DNA of 46,037 nt from Verrucomicrobiota bacterium (GCA_003218885.1 QHOV01000154.1:1-46037); one strand, 5' to 3'. Counted from the first letter of the stretch, positions 33,792-42,277 are shown. The notes: a model not told the origin generated them from the sequence alone. Translations and numbers: made by a program.

Positions 33792-34372
33792 AGCCGCAAC
33801 CTGCTGCGCTCGGCTTTCAAGTGAAATCAGGCTGGGCGGCTGCAGTGCTGCTCACGGGTCCAGATCGTTCGCCTCAACTCTGCGATGTCCGGCGAATCGA
33901 CCTGTCCGATCCCCGGCTTCCTGAAACGCGACAACCGTATCACGCGGCGATGGGAAAACTCGAAGCGGAGATGACAAAAGTAAATCGGCGCGTACGCATC
34001 GTGCGCTGCATTGCGCAACAGTCGATTGCGACCCTTCTTGCTGGCTATCGAGGGAAAGGTTACGCGATCACGCGTGCTGCGCTTGTGGTGGGAAGCCAGA
34101 TCGATCCTGGTTCGATCGCAAATCCGGACATCCGTGCGCATGCCTTTGAAGGCCAGTTGTTTCGCTCGGTGCTCGAGGAAGCCTTGCATGGATATCGCAT
34201 TCGCACGGAGGTTCTCATCGAGCGCGATGCGTACGCCCAAGGCGTTACGAAACTCAAAGAATCGAATGAGGACGTGCGGCCTATGATCCAGAATTTTGGC
34301 CGAGCTGCGCAAGGACCGTGGCGCGCAGAACAGAAACTCGCCGCGCTTGCTGCGTGGCTCGCGCTTTGTTAG
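33788..34372 (+). CDS. Hypothetical protein (194 aa), translationally coupled to the upstream lipoprotein gene
   Basis: ATG 33788 overlaps the upstream stop (ATGA). No recognisable motifs. The opposite-strand ORF 33827..34444 looks less protein-like. Confidence 0.5.
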   Translation: MKPQPAALGFQVKSGWAAAVLLTGPDRSPQLCDVRRIDLSDPRLPETRQPYHAAMGKLEAEMTKVNRRVRIVRCIAQQSIATLLAGYRGKGYAITRAALVVGSQIDPGSIANPDIRAHAFEGQLFRSVLEEALHGYRIRTEVLIERDAYAQGVTKLKESNEDVRPMIQNFGRAAQGPWRAEQKLAALAAWLALC

Positions 34373-34422
34373 CTGCTGCAATCGCGGCAACCGAAGCGGT
34401 TGCCTTACAGTTTCAGTTATGA

Positions 34423-34917
34423 ATGATGAAAATCCGCGCAGCAACTGAATCGGATCGCGACGCGGTGTGGAATATTTTTCAAGAGATCGTCGCGGCGGGC
34501 GATACCTATGCGTTTGATCCGAAAATGTCCCGCGAGGAGGCGCTCGCCTATTGGTTTCGAGCCGATACGAATACTTACATCGCAGAAAAAGATGGCCGCG
34601 TTGTCGGCACTTACGTTTTAAAACCGAATCAACTCGGTCCGGGTTCGCACGTGGCCAACGCGGCGTTCATGGTCGCATCAGACGCACAGGGCTCGGGCGT
34701 CGGACGCAGGATGGCCGAGCATTGCTTGACTCAGGCGCGCCGAATGGGTTTTCGCGCCATGCAATTCAACTTCGTGATTTCTACAAACACGCCGGCGATC
34801 CATGTTTGGGAGCAGGTCGGTTTCAAAATCGTCGGCACTTTGCCCGGCGCATTTCACCATCCTGAAAAAGGATATGTCGATGTTTACGTCATGTACCGCT
34901 CGCTGCTTGAAGATTAG
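34423..34917 (+). CDS. GNAT-family N-acetyltransferase
   Basis: 164 aa. 'QGSGVGRRMAEHCL..AR..GF.AMQFN' matches the acetyl-CoA binding motif A (Q/RxxGxG/A). Confidence 0.85.
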   Translation: MMKIRAATESDRDAVWNIFQEIVAAGDTYAFDPKMSREEALAYWFRADTNTYIAEKDGRVVGTYVLKPNQLGPGSHVANAAFMVASDAQGSGVGRRMAEHCLTQARRMGFRAMQFNFVISTNTPAIHVWEQVGFKIVGTLPGAFHHPEKGYVDVYVMYRSLLED

Positions 34918-35042
34918 CTGTGGCCGCGCGTTGCGCTAAAGAAGCATTGCAAGAGGACTGATTTCCTGCTGAACCTAGGGGTGAAATGCAAACAGTGATC
35001 CAAGTCATCACGACCGGGCGTGGATCGCTGCGGGAAAAGATC

Positions 35043-35306
35043 ATGACCGATCCGCAACTTCGGCGGTTTGATCTGATTCCCACTGAACACCAGCGCCCGG
35101 GTCGTCCGCACGGCTGGGCGAAAATCCATAGCGAAACCGCTCACGGCGCGATCAATCTCGAATGGCACGGACGCAGCCGCACTTTGATTTGCCGGGTCGT
35201 CACGAAACTTGGAAACAAGCCGAACTCTCTCATTGGCGACTTTGTCGATTATCTGCTTGCCCGCCATCAAAGCCGCATTCTGTCAATCCACATCATGCGG
35301 CGGTGA
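35043..35306 (+). CDS. Hypothetical small protein
   Basis: An 87-aa ORF from ATG 35043 (track ORF from 34986). No recognised domain. It competes with the antisense ORF 34914..35270. Confidence 0.35.
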   Translation: MTDPQLRRFDLIPTEHQRPGRPHGWAKIHSETAHGAINLEWHGRSRTLICRVVTKLGNKPNSLIGDFVDYLLARHQSRILSIHIMRR

Positions 35307-35388
35307 AATCGACGCATGCTTTTTTCCCTGATACCCTGATGAGCGAGGTGGGACTCGATTCTCCGATTTAGGTGAAGGCGATCAAAAC

Positions 35389-36111
35389 ATGAAGGATCGA
35401 CATCAAGACGAGCGCATTCCCAACCGCAGAGTTTTTCTCAGGAGCGGAATTATTTTCAGCGGCGCAGCGTTGGCCGGAGCGGTACTGCTGCGTGGCGCGG
35501 AGAACGAGAAGCAAAGTGAGGAAAAGGAAATCGAGGTTGGTCCACCGGAAGATTTGATGCGCGAGCACGGCGTGTTGAAGCGCGTGCTGCTGATTTACAG
35601 CGAAGCATTACGCCGGCTTGACGCGAAGCAGGATTTTCCGCCGGATGCTTTGGCCGATGCTGCGGGAATTATTCGCAGCTTCGTTGAAGACTATCACGAG
35701 AAGCTCGAGGAAGATTTTCTTTTCCCGCGCTTTGAGAAGGCCAATCAACTCGTCGATCTCGTGAAAGTGCTTCGCACTCAGCACCAGGCCGGACGGCGCG
35801 TTACGGACATCACCCTGCGGTTCGCGAATTTGCAATCATTGAAGAACGACTCCGAACGAGCGCAACTCATCGCGTCCATGCAGCAGTTTATCCGCATGTA
35901 CAACCCGCATGAAGCGCGCGAGGACACGGTCCTTTTCCCCGCATTTCGCGAGATCGTGTCGCCGCATGAATTCGATTCTCTGGGCGAAGACTTCGAGAAG
36001 AAGGAAGACGAACTGTTCGGCGAGGACGGATTCGAAAAGGTCGTGGATAGAGTGGCGGGGATCGAGAAGCGGCTGGGCATTTACGATCTTACGCAGTTCA
36101 CCCCGAAGTGA
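35389..36111 (+). CDS. Hemerythrin-like (HHE cation-binding) domain protein with twin-arginine signal
   Basis: 'NRRVFLRSGIIFSGAALAGA' is Tat-like. 'EDLMREHGVLKR', 'EDYHEKLEEDFLFP' and 'HEAREDTVLFP' are repeated His/Glu metal-ligand motifs. Confidence 0.8.
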   Translation: MKDRHQDERIPNRRVFLRSGIIFSGAALAGAVLLRGAENEKQSEEKEIEVGPPEDLMREHGVLKRVLLIYSEALRRLDAKQDFPPDALADAAGIIRSFVEDYHEKLEEDFLFPRFEKANQLVDLVKVLRTQHQAGRRVTDITLRFANLQSLKNDSERAQLIASMQQFIRMYNPHEAREDTVLFPAFREIVSPHEFDSLGEDFEKKEDELFGEDGFEKVVDRVAGIEKRLGIYDLTQFTPK

Positions 36112-36124
36112 CGGAAAATAAATC

Positions 36125-36198
36125 CGGAGCCTACGGGGCTCGAACCCGCAACCTCCGCCGTGACAGGGCGGCGCTCTAACCAATTGAGCTAAGGCTCC
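36125..36198 (-). tRNA. tRNA-Asp (anticodon GUC)
   Basis: The reverse complement folds by hand into a 74-nt cloverleaf: acceptor GGAGCCT/AGGCTCC, D arm GCTC-AATTGGTTA-GAGC, anticodon arm CCGCC-CTGTCAC-GGCGG, T arm GCGGG-TTCGAGC-CCCGT, discriminator G. No encoded CCA. Confidence 0.93.
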
Positions 36199-36211
36199 TC
36201 GCGAAAGACAG

Positions 36212-36240
36212 AGCTTAAAAGCGCCTGTCCTCAGCCGCAA
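36212..36240 (-). promoter_or_regulatory. Candidate sigma70-type promoter for tRNA-Asp
   Basis: On the minus strand: TTGCGG (36240..36235), 17-nt spacer, TAAGCT (36217..36212), 13 nt before the tRNA 5' end. Confidence 0.3.
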
Positions 36241-36375
36241 CTGTTGGCTCCTTTCTTACTCTTGTTCTTTTGCTTCGGCCAAAATTACGAGTGAGAGTAG
36301 GAGCAAGAAGAGATTTTTTCGCAACACCGGATCCACTTCACGGTTGAACATTTTGTATAATGGTGGCGTCGAAGA

Positions 36376-36403
36376 TTGCGAATGCGCCTGATAAAGCTAT
36401 AAT
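36376..36403 (+). promoter_or_regulatory. Candidate sigma70-type promoter upstream of the Mpa-like ATPase gene
   Basis: TTGCGA (36376..36381), 16-nt spacer, TATAAT (36398..36403), 33 nt before ATG 36437. A second TATAAT is at 36356..36361. Confidence 0.35.
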
Positions 36404-36436
36404 GCTACTCGGTTCGGCGGATTGACCCAAACCATA

Positions 36437-38122
36437 ATGAGCGACGAGCGCAGCGAGGGACTTGAGGACGGGGAAGGGAACTCGACTCCGGACAATCTCT
36501 TTGATTCATTCGACAGGGTGATTGCGTCGTTGCCTCCGGGCGGTCCGGTTCGGCGCGACTTGTTGGAATTGCGGCCGCAGATTTTCGATCAGCAGGAAAC
36601 GATGGTCGAAGCGCGCCGGATGATCGAAAAGCTCGAAGAAGTCATCAAAAAAGTCACTTCGCCCGCGAACCGAATCGGCACGTTTCTTGGCGCCACCTCG
36701 AAGGATACGGCGCATATCGTGGTGGGAGGCGCGGATTACTACTGCAACATCGATCCGCGCATTTCGCTTGCGAAATTAAAAAAGGGGACGCGCGTGCTTG
36801 TCAATGAAGCTTTCGTTATTGTCGGTGATCTCGGATTTGAGACGGCCGGTCCGGTAACAAAAATTACCGAAGTAATCGGCAAGGACCGGTTGCGGGTCGG
36901 CTCGGAGCACGGGTTGCAATCGATGGTCCTACAGCGTTCGGCCGATCTGGCTCACTCCACCTTAAAGTCAGGGGACGAAGTCCGTGTTGACTCAAATTAC
37001 CGGATGGCGCTGGAGATGCTCTCCAGCACAAAATCCCACGAGCATTATCTCGACACTGTGCCAGAGCTGCCGTGGGAAAAGGTCGGCGGACAGGAAGCGG
37101 CGCTCCAGGCGATCAAAGATGCCATCGAGCTGCCGCTCTTGCATGCCGATCTTTTCCAAAAATTTCAGCACGCCACGCCGAAAGGATTTCTGCTTTACGG
37201 TCCGCCGGGTTGCGGGAAGACGCTCATTGGCAAAGCGACCGCCTACAATTTGACCAAGCAGCTTCGGGAAAAGGCCGGTACTGAGATGAGCGAATATTTC
37301 ATGCACGTCAAAGGTCCCGAGATTCTGAACATGTGGGTGGGCGAATCGGAACGGATGGTGCGCGAAATTTTTGCCACAGCTCGCGAGAAACGGAGCGAAG
37401 GTTTTATGCCGTTTCTTTTCATCGACGAGGCCGAATCGATCCTCGGCACCCGGCGCGCATCGCGTCACTCAAATATTCTTTCGACGCTTGTGCCGATGTT
37501 CTGCTCCGAGATGGATGGAATCGATTCGCTAAACGACGTGGTAATTATCCTCGCTTCCAATCGCGCCGATCTGATTGACCCGGCAATTCTGCGTCCGGGC
37601 CGGATCGATCGAAAAATCAAGGTCAATCGGCCAGATAACCAGGGTGCGCGCGAAATCTACCGTATTTATCTTACGGATGGCCTTCCTTACGACGGGGTGC
37701 TCGCCAAGGAAGCCGATGGATTGGGAGCGTCCATCGAACGTCTGATCGAACGTTTTGTGGACTGGCAATTTACGCGCCGCGACGAAAACAAATTTTTGGA
37801 GGTAACGCTCCGCAGCGGGCGCAAGGAAACGCTTTACCGCAGCGATCTCATCAGTGGCGCGATCATTGCCTCGATCGTTGAGCGGGCGAAGGCGATGGCG
37901 ATTAAAAGGGCCATCGCCACTCAACAGGAGGAAGGAATTCGGGAAACGGATTTGCAACTCGCTTTCAACGCCGAGTACATAGAGAACGATATTTTCCCGA
38001 CGACGGACATCACCGAAGACTGGCTCAAGCTAATCGATTACGATCCGGAAAACGTAGTGAAAATTTCGCCCGTTCGTCCATTGGCTGATTCGCGATCGCG
38101 CACACCTTCGGCGGTGATTTGA
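36437..38122 (+). CDS. Proteasome-associated-type AAA+ ATPase (Mpa/ARC family)
   Basis: The architecture matches Mpa/ARC: a short N-terminal coiled coil ('ETMVEARRMIEKLEEVIKKV'), OB-like region, Walker A 'GPPGCGKTLIGKA', Walker B 'FLFIDEAES', 'NRADLIDPAILRPGRIDRKIKV', and the Mpa-like C-terminal block 'NKFLEVTLRSGRKETLYRSDLISGAII..IVERAK'. It ends '...RTPSAVI', not GQYL. ATG 36437 (track TTG 36422). Confidence 0.85.
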   Translation: MSDERSEGLEDGEGNSTPDNLFDSFDRVIASLPPGGPVRRDLLELRPQIFDQQETMVEARRMIEKLEEVIKKVTSPANRIGTFLGATSKDTAHIVVGGADYYCNIDPRISLAKLKKGTRVLVNEAFVIVGDLGFETAGPVTKITEVIGKDRLRVGSEHGLQSMVLQRSADLAHSTLKSGDEVRVDSNYRMALEMLSSTKSHEHYLDTVPELPWEKVGGQEAALQAIKDAIELPLLHADLFQKFQHATPKGFLLYGPPGCGKTLIGKATAYNLTKQLREKAGTEMSEYFMHVKGPEILNMWVGESERMVREIFATAREKRSEGFMPFLFIDEAESILGTRRASRHSNILSTLVPMFCSEMDGIDSLNDVVIILASNRADLIDPAILRPGRIDRKIKVNRPDNQGAREIYRIYLTDGLPYDGVLAKEADGLGASIERLIERFVDWQFTRRDENKFLEVTLRSGRKETLYRSDLISGAIIASIVERAKAMAIKRAIATQQEEGIRETDLQLAFNAEYIENDIFPTTDITEDWLKLIDYDPENVVKISPVRPLADSRSRTPSAVI

Positions 38123-38145
38123 TCCAGTTTGGTGACGAGCCACAG

Positions 38146-39705
38146 ATGAACACAAATCATCTTAGCGCGGCTTATGTCGCAGCCACAACTGGGCTGGAGA
38201 CGGAGTACGGCATCACTCTAAGCGGTGCGGAAACCGTGGATGTTGTGGCCGAATCGATCGAGCTGGTGCGGCGTTACACCGATCACGGCGCGCTGATGAA
38301 ATGGGATTATGACCTGGAAGATCCGCATCTTGACGCGCGCGGGTTTCGTGCACGCGAGTTACTTCAGGACACCGACGAATCGGCTTACTACGAGATCGAT
38401 AAACGCCGCCCCCTCAGCTTCGAGGAAATAAAAAGCGACCTTGTGCTTTCAAATGGTGCCCGCTTTTACAACGATCACGCGCACCCGGAATATTCCACGC
38501 CAGAGTGCACAACTTTTTACCAGATCGTTGCACAGGACAAAGCGGGCGAGCGTATCCTCGCCGAGTGCGCGCGGCGCCGAAATCAGAAGTTGCCGCCCGG
38601 CTACGAAGTTCGGCTTTACAAGAACAATACCGACTTTGCCGGGCATAGTTACGGTTGTCACGACAACTACCTGATGAGTCGCGATATCGCATGGGACCGA
38701 ATCGTCGCTGGCATCCTGCCGTTTCTCGTCACCCGCCAGATTTTCGCGGGCGCCGGAAAGATGGGCATCGAAGCGGAGAGCGGCCAAAGCGATCCCGGGA
38801 TTTATCAAATCTCGCAGCGCGCCGATTTTTTCAGCGTAGTGGTGAGCATCGACACGATGAATCGGCGCCCGCTCATCAACACGCGTGACGAGCCGCATGT
38901 GGACGCGAGTCGTTATCGCCGGTTTCACGTTATTCTTGGCGATTCGAACATGAGCGAATGGGCCACGGCGATGAAAATTGGGACCACGGCACTGGTTCTC
39001 GATTTGATTGAGCGCGGAGAAGCGCCCCAGCTCGAGATTGCGCAACCGGTTGATGCCAACAGATCAATCAGCCGCGATCAAACTTACGATTGGATCATCG
39101 AACTGAAAGATGGCCGCAAAATCTCTGCGATCGATGTGCAACGCGTTTATCTGCGCGCCGCCAGCAAATTGCACAACGGCATGAGCGAAGAGCAACAATG
39201 GATATTGCGCGAATGGGAAAATGTCCTCAACGATCTCGAGCGCGAGGTAATGTCAACGCGAGACCGTGTCGATTGGGCAGCCAAAAAGTTCTTGTTGGAC
39301 GCATTACAGGAAGAGGAAAAACTTTCCTGGAACGATCCCTGGCTGCAATCCATCGATCTGGAATATCACAATCTCGATCTCGACCGCGGATTATACTACG
39401 AGCTGCTGCGCAAAGGTTTGATGTGCCGCGTCACGAACGAGGATGAGATCAAGACCGCGATCTTCAACCCGCCCGAGACCACGCGCGCGTTTTTCCGTGG
39501 CCGCGCCGTCGCGCGTTTCAACGATGAGATTTCCTCCATCCAGTGGGACGAAATCGTTTTTGCAAATCCCGCCGCCGCGGGACACTCATGTCGCGTCGCG
39601 CTGCCAGAAGCAGCAACGAACGCGCGCCTGGACGCACTCAATCACGCTGCACGCAACGGGAAAGATTTCTCGGAATTCATGAGCGCAATCGCGCAGATCG
39701 ATTGA
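38146..39705 (+). CDS. Pup deamidase/depupylase (Dop)-type member of the Dop/PafA carboxylate-amine ligase family
   Basis: 'GLETEYGI', 'WDYDLEDPHLDARGF', 'NGARFYNDHAHPEYSTPEC', 'YKNNTDFAGHSYGCHDNYLMSR', 'LPFLVTRQIFAGAGK', 'INTRDEPHVDASRYRRFHVILGDSNMSE', 'LSWNDPWLQSIDLEYH', 'NPPETTRAFFRG'. These are closer to my recollection of Dop than of PafA. An alternative TTG 38119 overlaps the ATPase stop (TTGA). Confidence 0.85.
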   Translation: MNTNHLSAAYVAATTGLETEYGITLSGAETVDVVAESIELVRRYTDHGALMKWDYDLEDPHLDARGFRARELLQDTDESAYYEIDKRRPLSFEEIKSDLVLSNGARFYNDHAHPEYSTPECTTFYQIVAQDKAGERILAECARRRNQKLPPGYEVRLYKNNTDFAGHSYGCHDNYLMSRDIAWDRIVAGILPFLVTRQIFAGAGKMGIEAESGQSDPGIYQISQRADFFSVVVSIDTMNRRPLINTRDEPHVDASRYRRFHVILGDSNMSEWATAMKIGTTALVLDLIERGEAPQLEIAQPVDANRSISRDQTYDWIIELKDGRKISAIDVQRVYLRAASKLHNGMSEEQQWILREWENVLNDLEREVMSTRDRVDWAAKKFLLDALQEEEKLSWNDPWLQSIDLEYHNLDLDRGLYYELLRKGLMCRVTNEDEIKTAIFNPPETTRAFFRGRAVARFNDEISSIQWDEIVFANPAAAGHSCRVALPEAATNARLDALNHAARNGKDFSEFMSAIAQID

Positions 39706-39753
39706 TTTGAGCGAACTCAATCGAAAATTGAAAATCTGCAATCGAAAATAAGA

Positions 39754-41343
39754 TCACTCCCACTCGATCGTGCTCGGTGGTTTGCTCGAGATGTCGTAAC
39801 AGACGCGGTTGACGCCTTTGACTTCGTTGCTGATGCGAGTGGAAATGCGCGCCAGTAATTCGTACGGAAGCCGAACCCAATCCGCGGTCATGCCGTCCTG
39901 GCTTTCGACGATTCGAAGCACGACCGTGTTTTCGTAAGTGCGTTGGTCCCCCATGACGCCGACCGATTGTACCGGTAGCAAAACAGCGAATGATTGCCAC
40001 ACTTTGTAATACCAATCGGCAGCTTCCATTTCACTTTGCACGATCGTGTCCGCTTCGCGCAACATGGATAATCGCTCGCGCGTAACTTCACCAAGAATGC
40101 GAACGGCCAGACCTGGCCCGGGGAATGGCTGGCGATATACGATCTCCTTCGGCAAGCCGAGCTGCAATCCTGCCTGGCGCACTTCATCTTTGAACAATTG
40201 GCGCACTGGCTCGACGAGTTCGAAGTGCATTTTCTCTGGCAACCCGCCCACATTGTGATGGCTCTTGATCACCTGCGCGGGATTGCCTCCGATTGATACG
40301 CTCTCGATCACGTCAGGGTAAAGCGTGCCCTGCGCGAGGAACCTATAACCGCTGTGCTTGCGGTCGCCGTCTCTTTGGTCTTCCTCGAGCAATTCCTCCG
40401 TCGCCTTCTGAAATACTTTGATGAATTCGTTGCCGATCAGTTTTCGCTTCCTTTCAGGATCGGTCACCCCATTGAGCAGCGCGAGAAAGCGCTCACTCGC
40501 GTCCACGTATTTCAAACGCACATGGAAATTCTCGCCGAAAACGCGTTGTACGATTTCTTCCTCGCGCGCGCGAAGCAGTCCATTGTTTACAAAAATGCAG
40601 GTGAGCTGGTCGCCGATTGCCTTGTGCAGCAGCGCAGCCGTCACTGAAGAGTCAACGCCGCCGCTCAAACCGAGCACCACCTTTTGATCGCCAACCTGTT
40701 TCCTGACTCGGGCGCAAGCCTCTTCGATAAAGGAGCCCATCGTCCAGTCCATTGCGCAGTGGCAGATGTGAAAGAGAAAATTCTGCAGAATTTCCCTGCC
40801 GCGCGGTGTGTGAGCGACCTCCGGGTGAAATTGCAATCCGTAAAGTTTGCGCTGCCGATCCTCCACAGCGGCGAAGTCGCAACCTTCAGTGGTCCCGACG
40901 GCGCGGAAGCCTTCCGGCAACGCCGTCACTTCGTCGCCATGGCTGTTCCAAACGTCGAGCTGGTTGCCTAATCCATCGAAGAGTTGCGATCCATTCTTGA
41001 TGTGCAACATGCCGGCGCCGTACTCGCGTCGTCCGGTGAACACGACCCGGCCGCCAAGGTGATGCGCCATCAGCATCAGTCCGTAACAAATTCCCAATAC
41101 GGGAATGCCAAGCGAAAAAATCTCTGGGTCCATTTGTGGAATGCCTTTGTCGTAAACGCTCGCGGGCCCGCCGGAAAGGATGATCCCCTTAGGTTTTGCT
41201 GCGGCGATTTCAGCAGCAGGCGTGTCGAAGCGAACAATTTCCGAATAAACCTGACACTCACGGATTCGCCGCGCTATGACCTGCGTGTACTGCGAGCCGA
41301 AATCGAGGATGAGAATTTTTGAGTGCGTTGAACTGGCGATCAT
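39754..41343 (-). CDS. guaA: GMP synthase (glutamine-hydrolysing)
   Basis: '[18 protein letters not shown]', 'GICYG.', 'SGGVDSSV', C-terminal '...PPSTIEWE'. ATG 41343 (track start TTG 41349). Confidence 0.95.
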   Translation of the reverse strand: MIASSTHSKILILDFGSQYTQVIARRIRECQVYSEIVRFDTPAAEIAAAKPKGIILSGGPASVYDKGIPQMDPEIFSLGIPVLGICYGLMLMAHHLGGRVVFTGRREYGAGMLHIKNGSQLFDGLGNQLDVWNSHGDEVTALPEGFRAVGTTEGCDFAAVEDRQRKLYGLQFHPEVAHTPRGREILQNFLFHICHCAMDWTMGSFIEEACARVRKQVGDQKVVLGLSGGVDSSVTAALLHKAIGDQLTCIFVNNGLLRAREEEIVQRVFGENFHVRLKYVDASERFLALLNGVTDPERKRKLIGNEFIKVFQKATEELLEEDQRDGDRKHSGYRFLAQGTLYPDVIESVSIGGNPAQVIKSHHNVGGLPEKMHFELVEPVRQLFKDEVRQAGLQLGLPKEIVYRQPFPGPGLAVRILGEVTRERLSMLREADTIVQSEMEAADWYYKVWQSFAVLLPVQSVGVMGDQRTYENTVVLRIVESQDGMTADWVRLPYELLARISTRISNEVKGVNRVCYDISSKPPSTIEWE

Positions 41344-41352
41344 CTTCAAGCG

Positions 41353-41550
41353 CTATGGGTGAGTTTGCGGGACGCTATGCTCTGCGGCCGGATCGCCGGG
41401 AGATCGCTCCAACGGGCCAAGCGTTCCCTGACCAGTCACGCCGCGCTCGAACTGCCCTTGCACTTCTTGCGTGCTGCGTTCTTCAAGTGGGTCGGCACAA
41501 CCGCCCGCAGCCAGGCATGCGATCACGAGCAGGATCGGCATGCGTTTCAT
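41353..41550 (-). CDS. Small lipoprotein, unknown function
   Basis: 65 aa. 'MKRMPILLVIACLAAGGC' is a signal peptide with lipobox. The stop lies 10 nt upstream of the guaA start. Confidence 0.5.
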   Translation of the reverse strand: MKRMPILLVIACLAAGGCADPLEERSTQEVQGQFERGVTGQGTLGPLERSPGDPAAEHSVPQTHP

Positions 41551-41603
41551 CTACGTATTTTATGAAGCGGCTGTTTCATTGCAAGAAGGTTGCGGCCTTT
41601 CGA

Positions 41604-41663
41604 GGTTGAAGCGGTAGATTCTCGTTGCCGGTTTAACGCTTCAACGCTTTAACGCTTTAACGG
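41604..41663. repeat. Family-3 'AACGCTTCAACG' repeat cluster
   Basis: GGTTGAAGCGG ... TTAACGCTTCAACGCTTTAACGCTTTAACGG: inverted GTTGAAGCG/CGCTTCAAC plus tandem (T)TTAACGC units, ending 2 nt before the aat start. Confidence 0.75.
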
Positions 41664-41665
41664 CT

Positions 41666-42235
41666 GTGATTGATCCGGAACTTTTGCTTCAGGGCTATCG
41701 GCTTGGTGTCTTCCCCATGGCGATGGAGGACGATTCGATCGAATGGTTTTCGCCCGATCCGCGCGCGATCCTGCCACTGGAAGATTTTCACGCCCCGCAT
41801 GCGTTGCGACGTCTCCTGCGCAAGAGAGTATTTGAAACCAAAATCGACAACGCGTTTTCCGAAGTGATCGCTGCGTGCGCGAAACGGGAAGATACCTGGA
41901 TCAATCGCGAGATTATTGAGAGCTACACGCGATTGCACGAGCTGGGCCACGCGCATTCGGTGGAAGCCTGGAAGCAAGGCAGGCTTGCCGGCGGCCTGTA
42001 CGGCGTCGCGGTAGGCGGCGCGTTCTGTGGCGAATCGATGTTTCATCGCGTGACTGATGCCTCCAAGATTGCGCTGGTGGCGCTGGTGGAGCATTTGCGC
42101 GCTCGCAAATTCGTGTTGCTCGATACGCAATGGCTCACCCCACACCTGCAACAATTTGGCGGCGTTGAAATTTCGCGGCACCATTACCTGCAGTTTCTGC
42201 GGACAGCGGTCGAACTGCCACGAAAGTTTCTCTGA
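41666..42235 (+). CDS. aat: Leucyl/phenylalanyl-tRNA--protein transferase
   Basis: 189 aa with a GTG start. 'LL.GYR.G.FPM', 'WFSPDPR.I', 'TWIN..I...Y..LH..G.AHS.E.W', 'GG.YG...G..F.GESMF'. Confidence 0.92.
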   Translation: MIDPELLLQGYRLGVFPMAMEDDSIEWFSPDPRAILPLEDFHAPHALRRLLRKRVFETKIDNAFSEVIAACAKREDTWINREIIESYTRLHELGHAHSVEAWKQGRLAGGLYGVAVGGAFCGESMFHRVTDASKIALVALVEHLRARKFVLLDTQWLTPHLQQFGGVEISRHHYLQFLRTAVELPRKFL

Positions 42236-42253
42236 AGCGGTTTCACAGGATGT

Positions 42254-42277
42254 TGTAGCCACCGGCCTGTGGCCGGT
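42254..42277 (-). repeat. Family-4-like repeat (TGTAGC + GC hairpin)
   Basis: TGTAGCCACCGGCCTGTGGCCGGT. A second small hairpin CGGCCCACAGGGCCG is at 42312..42326. Confidence 0.6.

Noticed and set aside
34914-35270. Minus-strand 118-aa ORF competing with the + strand hypothetical ORF 35043..35306.
   Set aside because: Neither has recognisable motifs. The + strand version fits the local co-directional gene string and looks slightly more protein-like, so only that one is listed, at low confidence.
36248-36319. Polypyrimidine tract (GCTCCTTTCTTACTCTTGTTCTTTTGCTTC) followed by a polypurine tract (GAGTGAGAGTAGGAGCAAGAAGAG) and T6, as a possible intrinsic terminator for the hemerythrin gene.
   Set aside because: The best pairing I could draw is 11 bp with a 4-nt bulge and a ~31-nt loop, and the T-run starts 9 nt after the stem. 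That is too weak to call a terminator.
36344-36361. TTGAAC ... TGTATAAT as a promoter upstream of the ATPase gene.
   Set aside because: The spacing between the putative -35 and -10 is only 6 nt, and the TG abuts the hexamer rather than matching the TGnTATAAT extended -10 form. The downstream TTGCGA-16-TATAAT pair is the better candidate.
36199-36436. Search for a Pup/UBact-like small ORF upstream of the ATPase gene (and in 39706..39753 downstream of dop).
   Set aside because: Only an 11-codon ORF (ATGGTGGCGTCG...) is present upstream and nothing is present downstream. No reading frame ends in G-G-Q/E or R-x-G-Q/E. The result is negative by eye only and needs a proper search.
36125-39753. The Mpa/Dop pair could be a genomic island inserted at tRNA-Asp or at the guaA 3' end.
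   Set aside because: There is no integrase or recombinase, I could find no direct repeat of the tRNA 3' end, and no obvious composition shift. The tRNA 3' end also points away from the pair, toward the hemerythrin gene.
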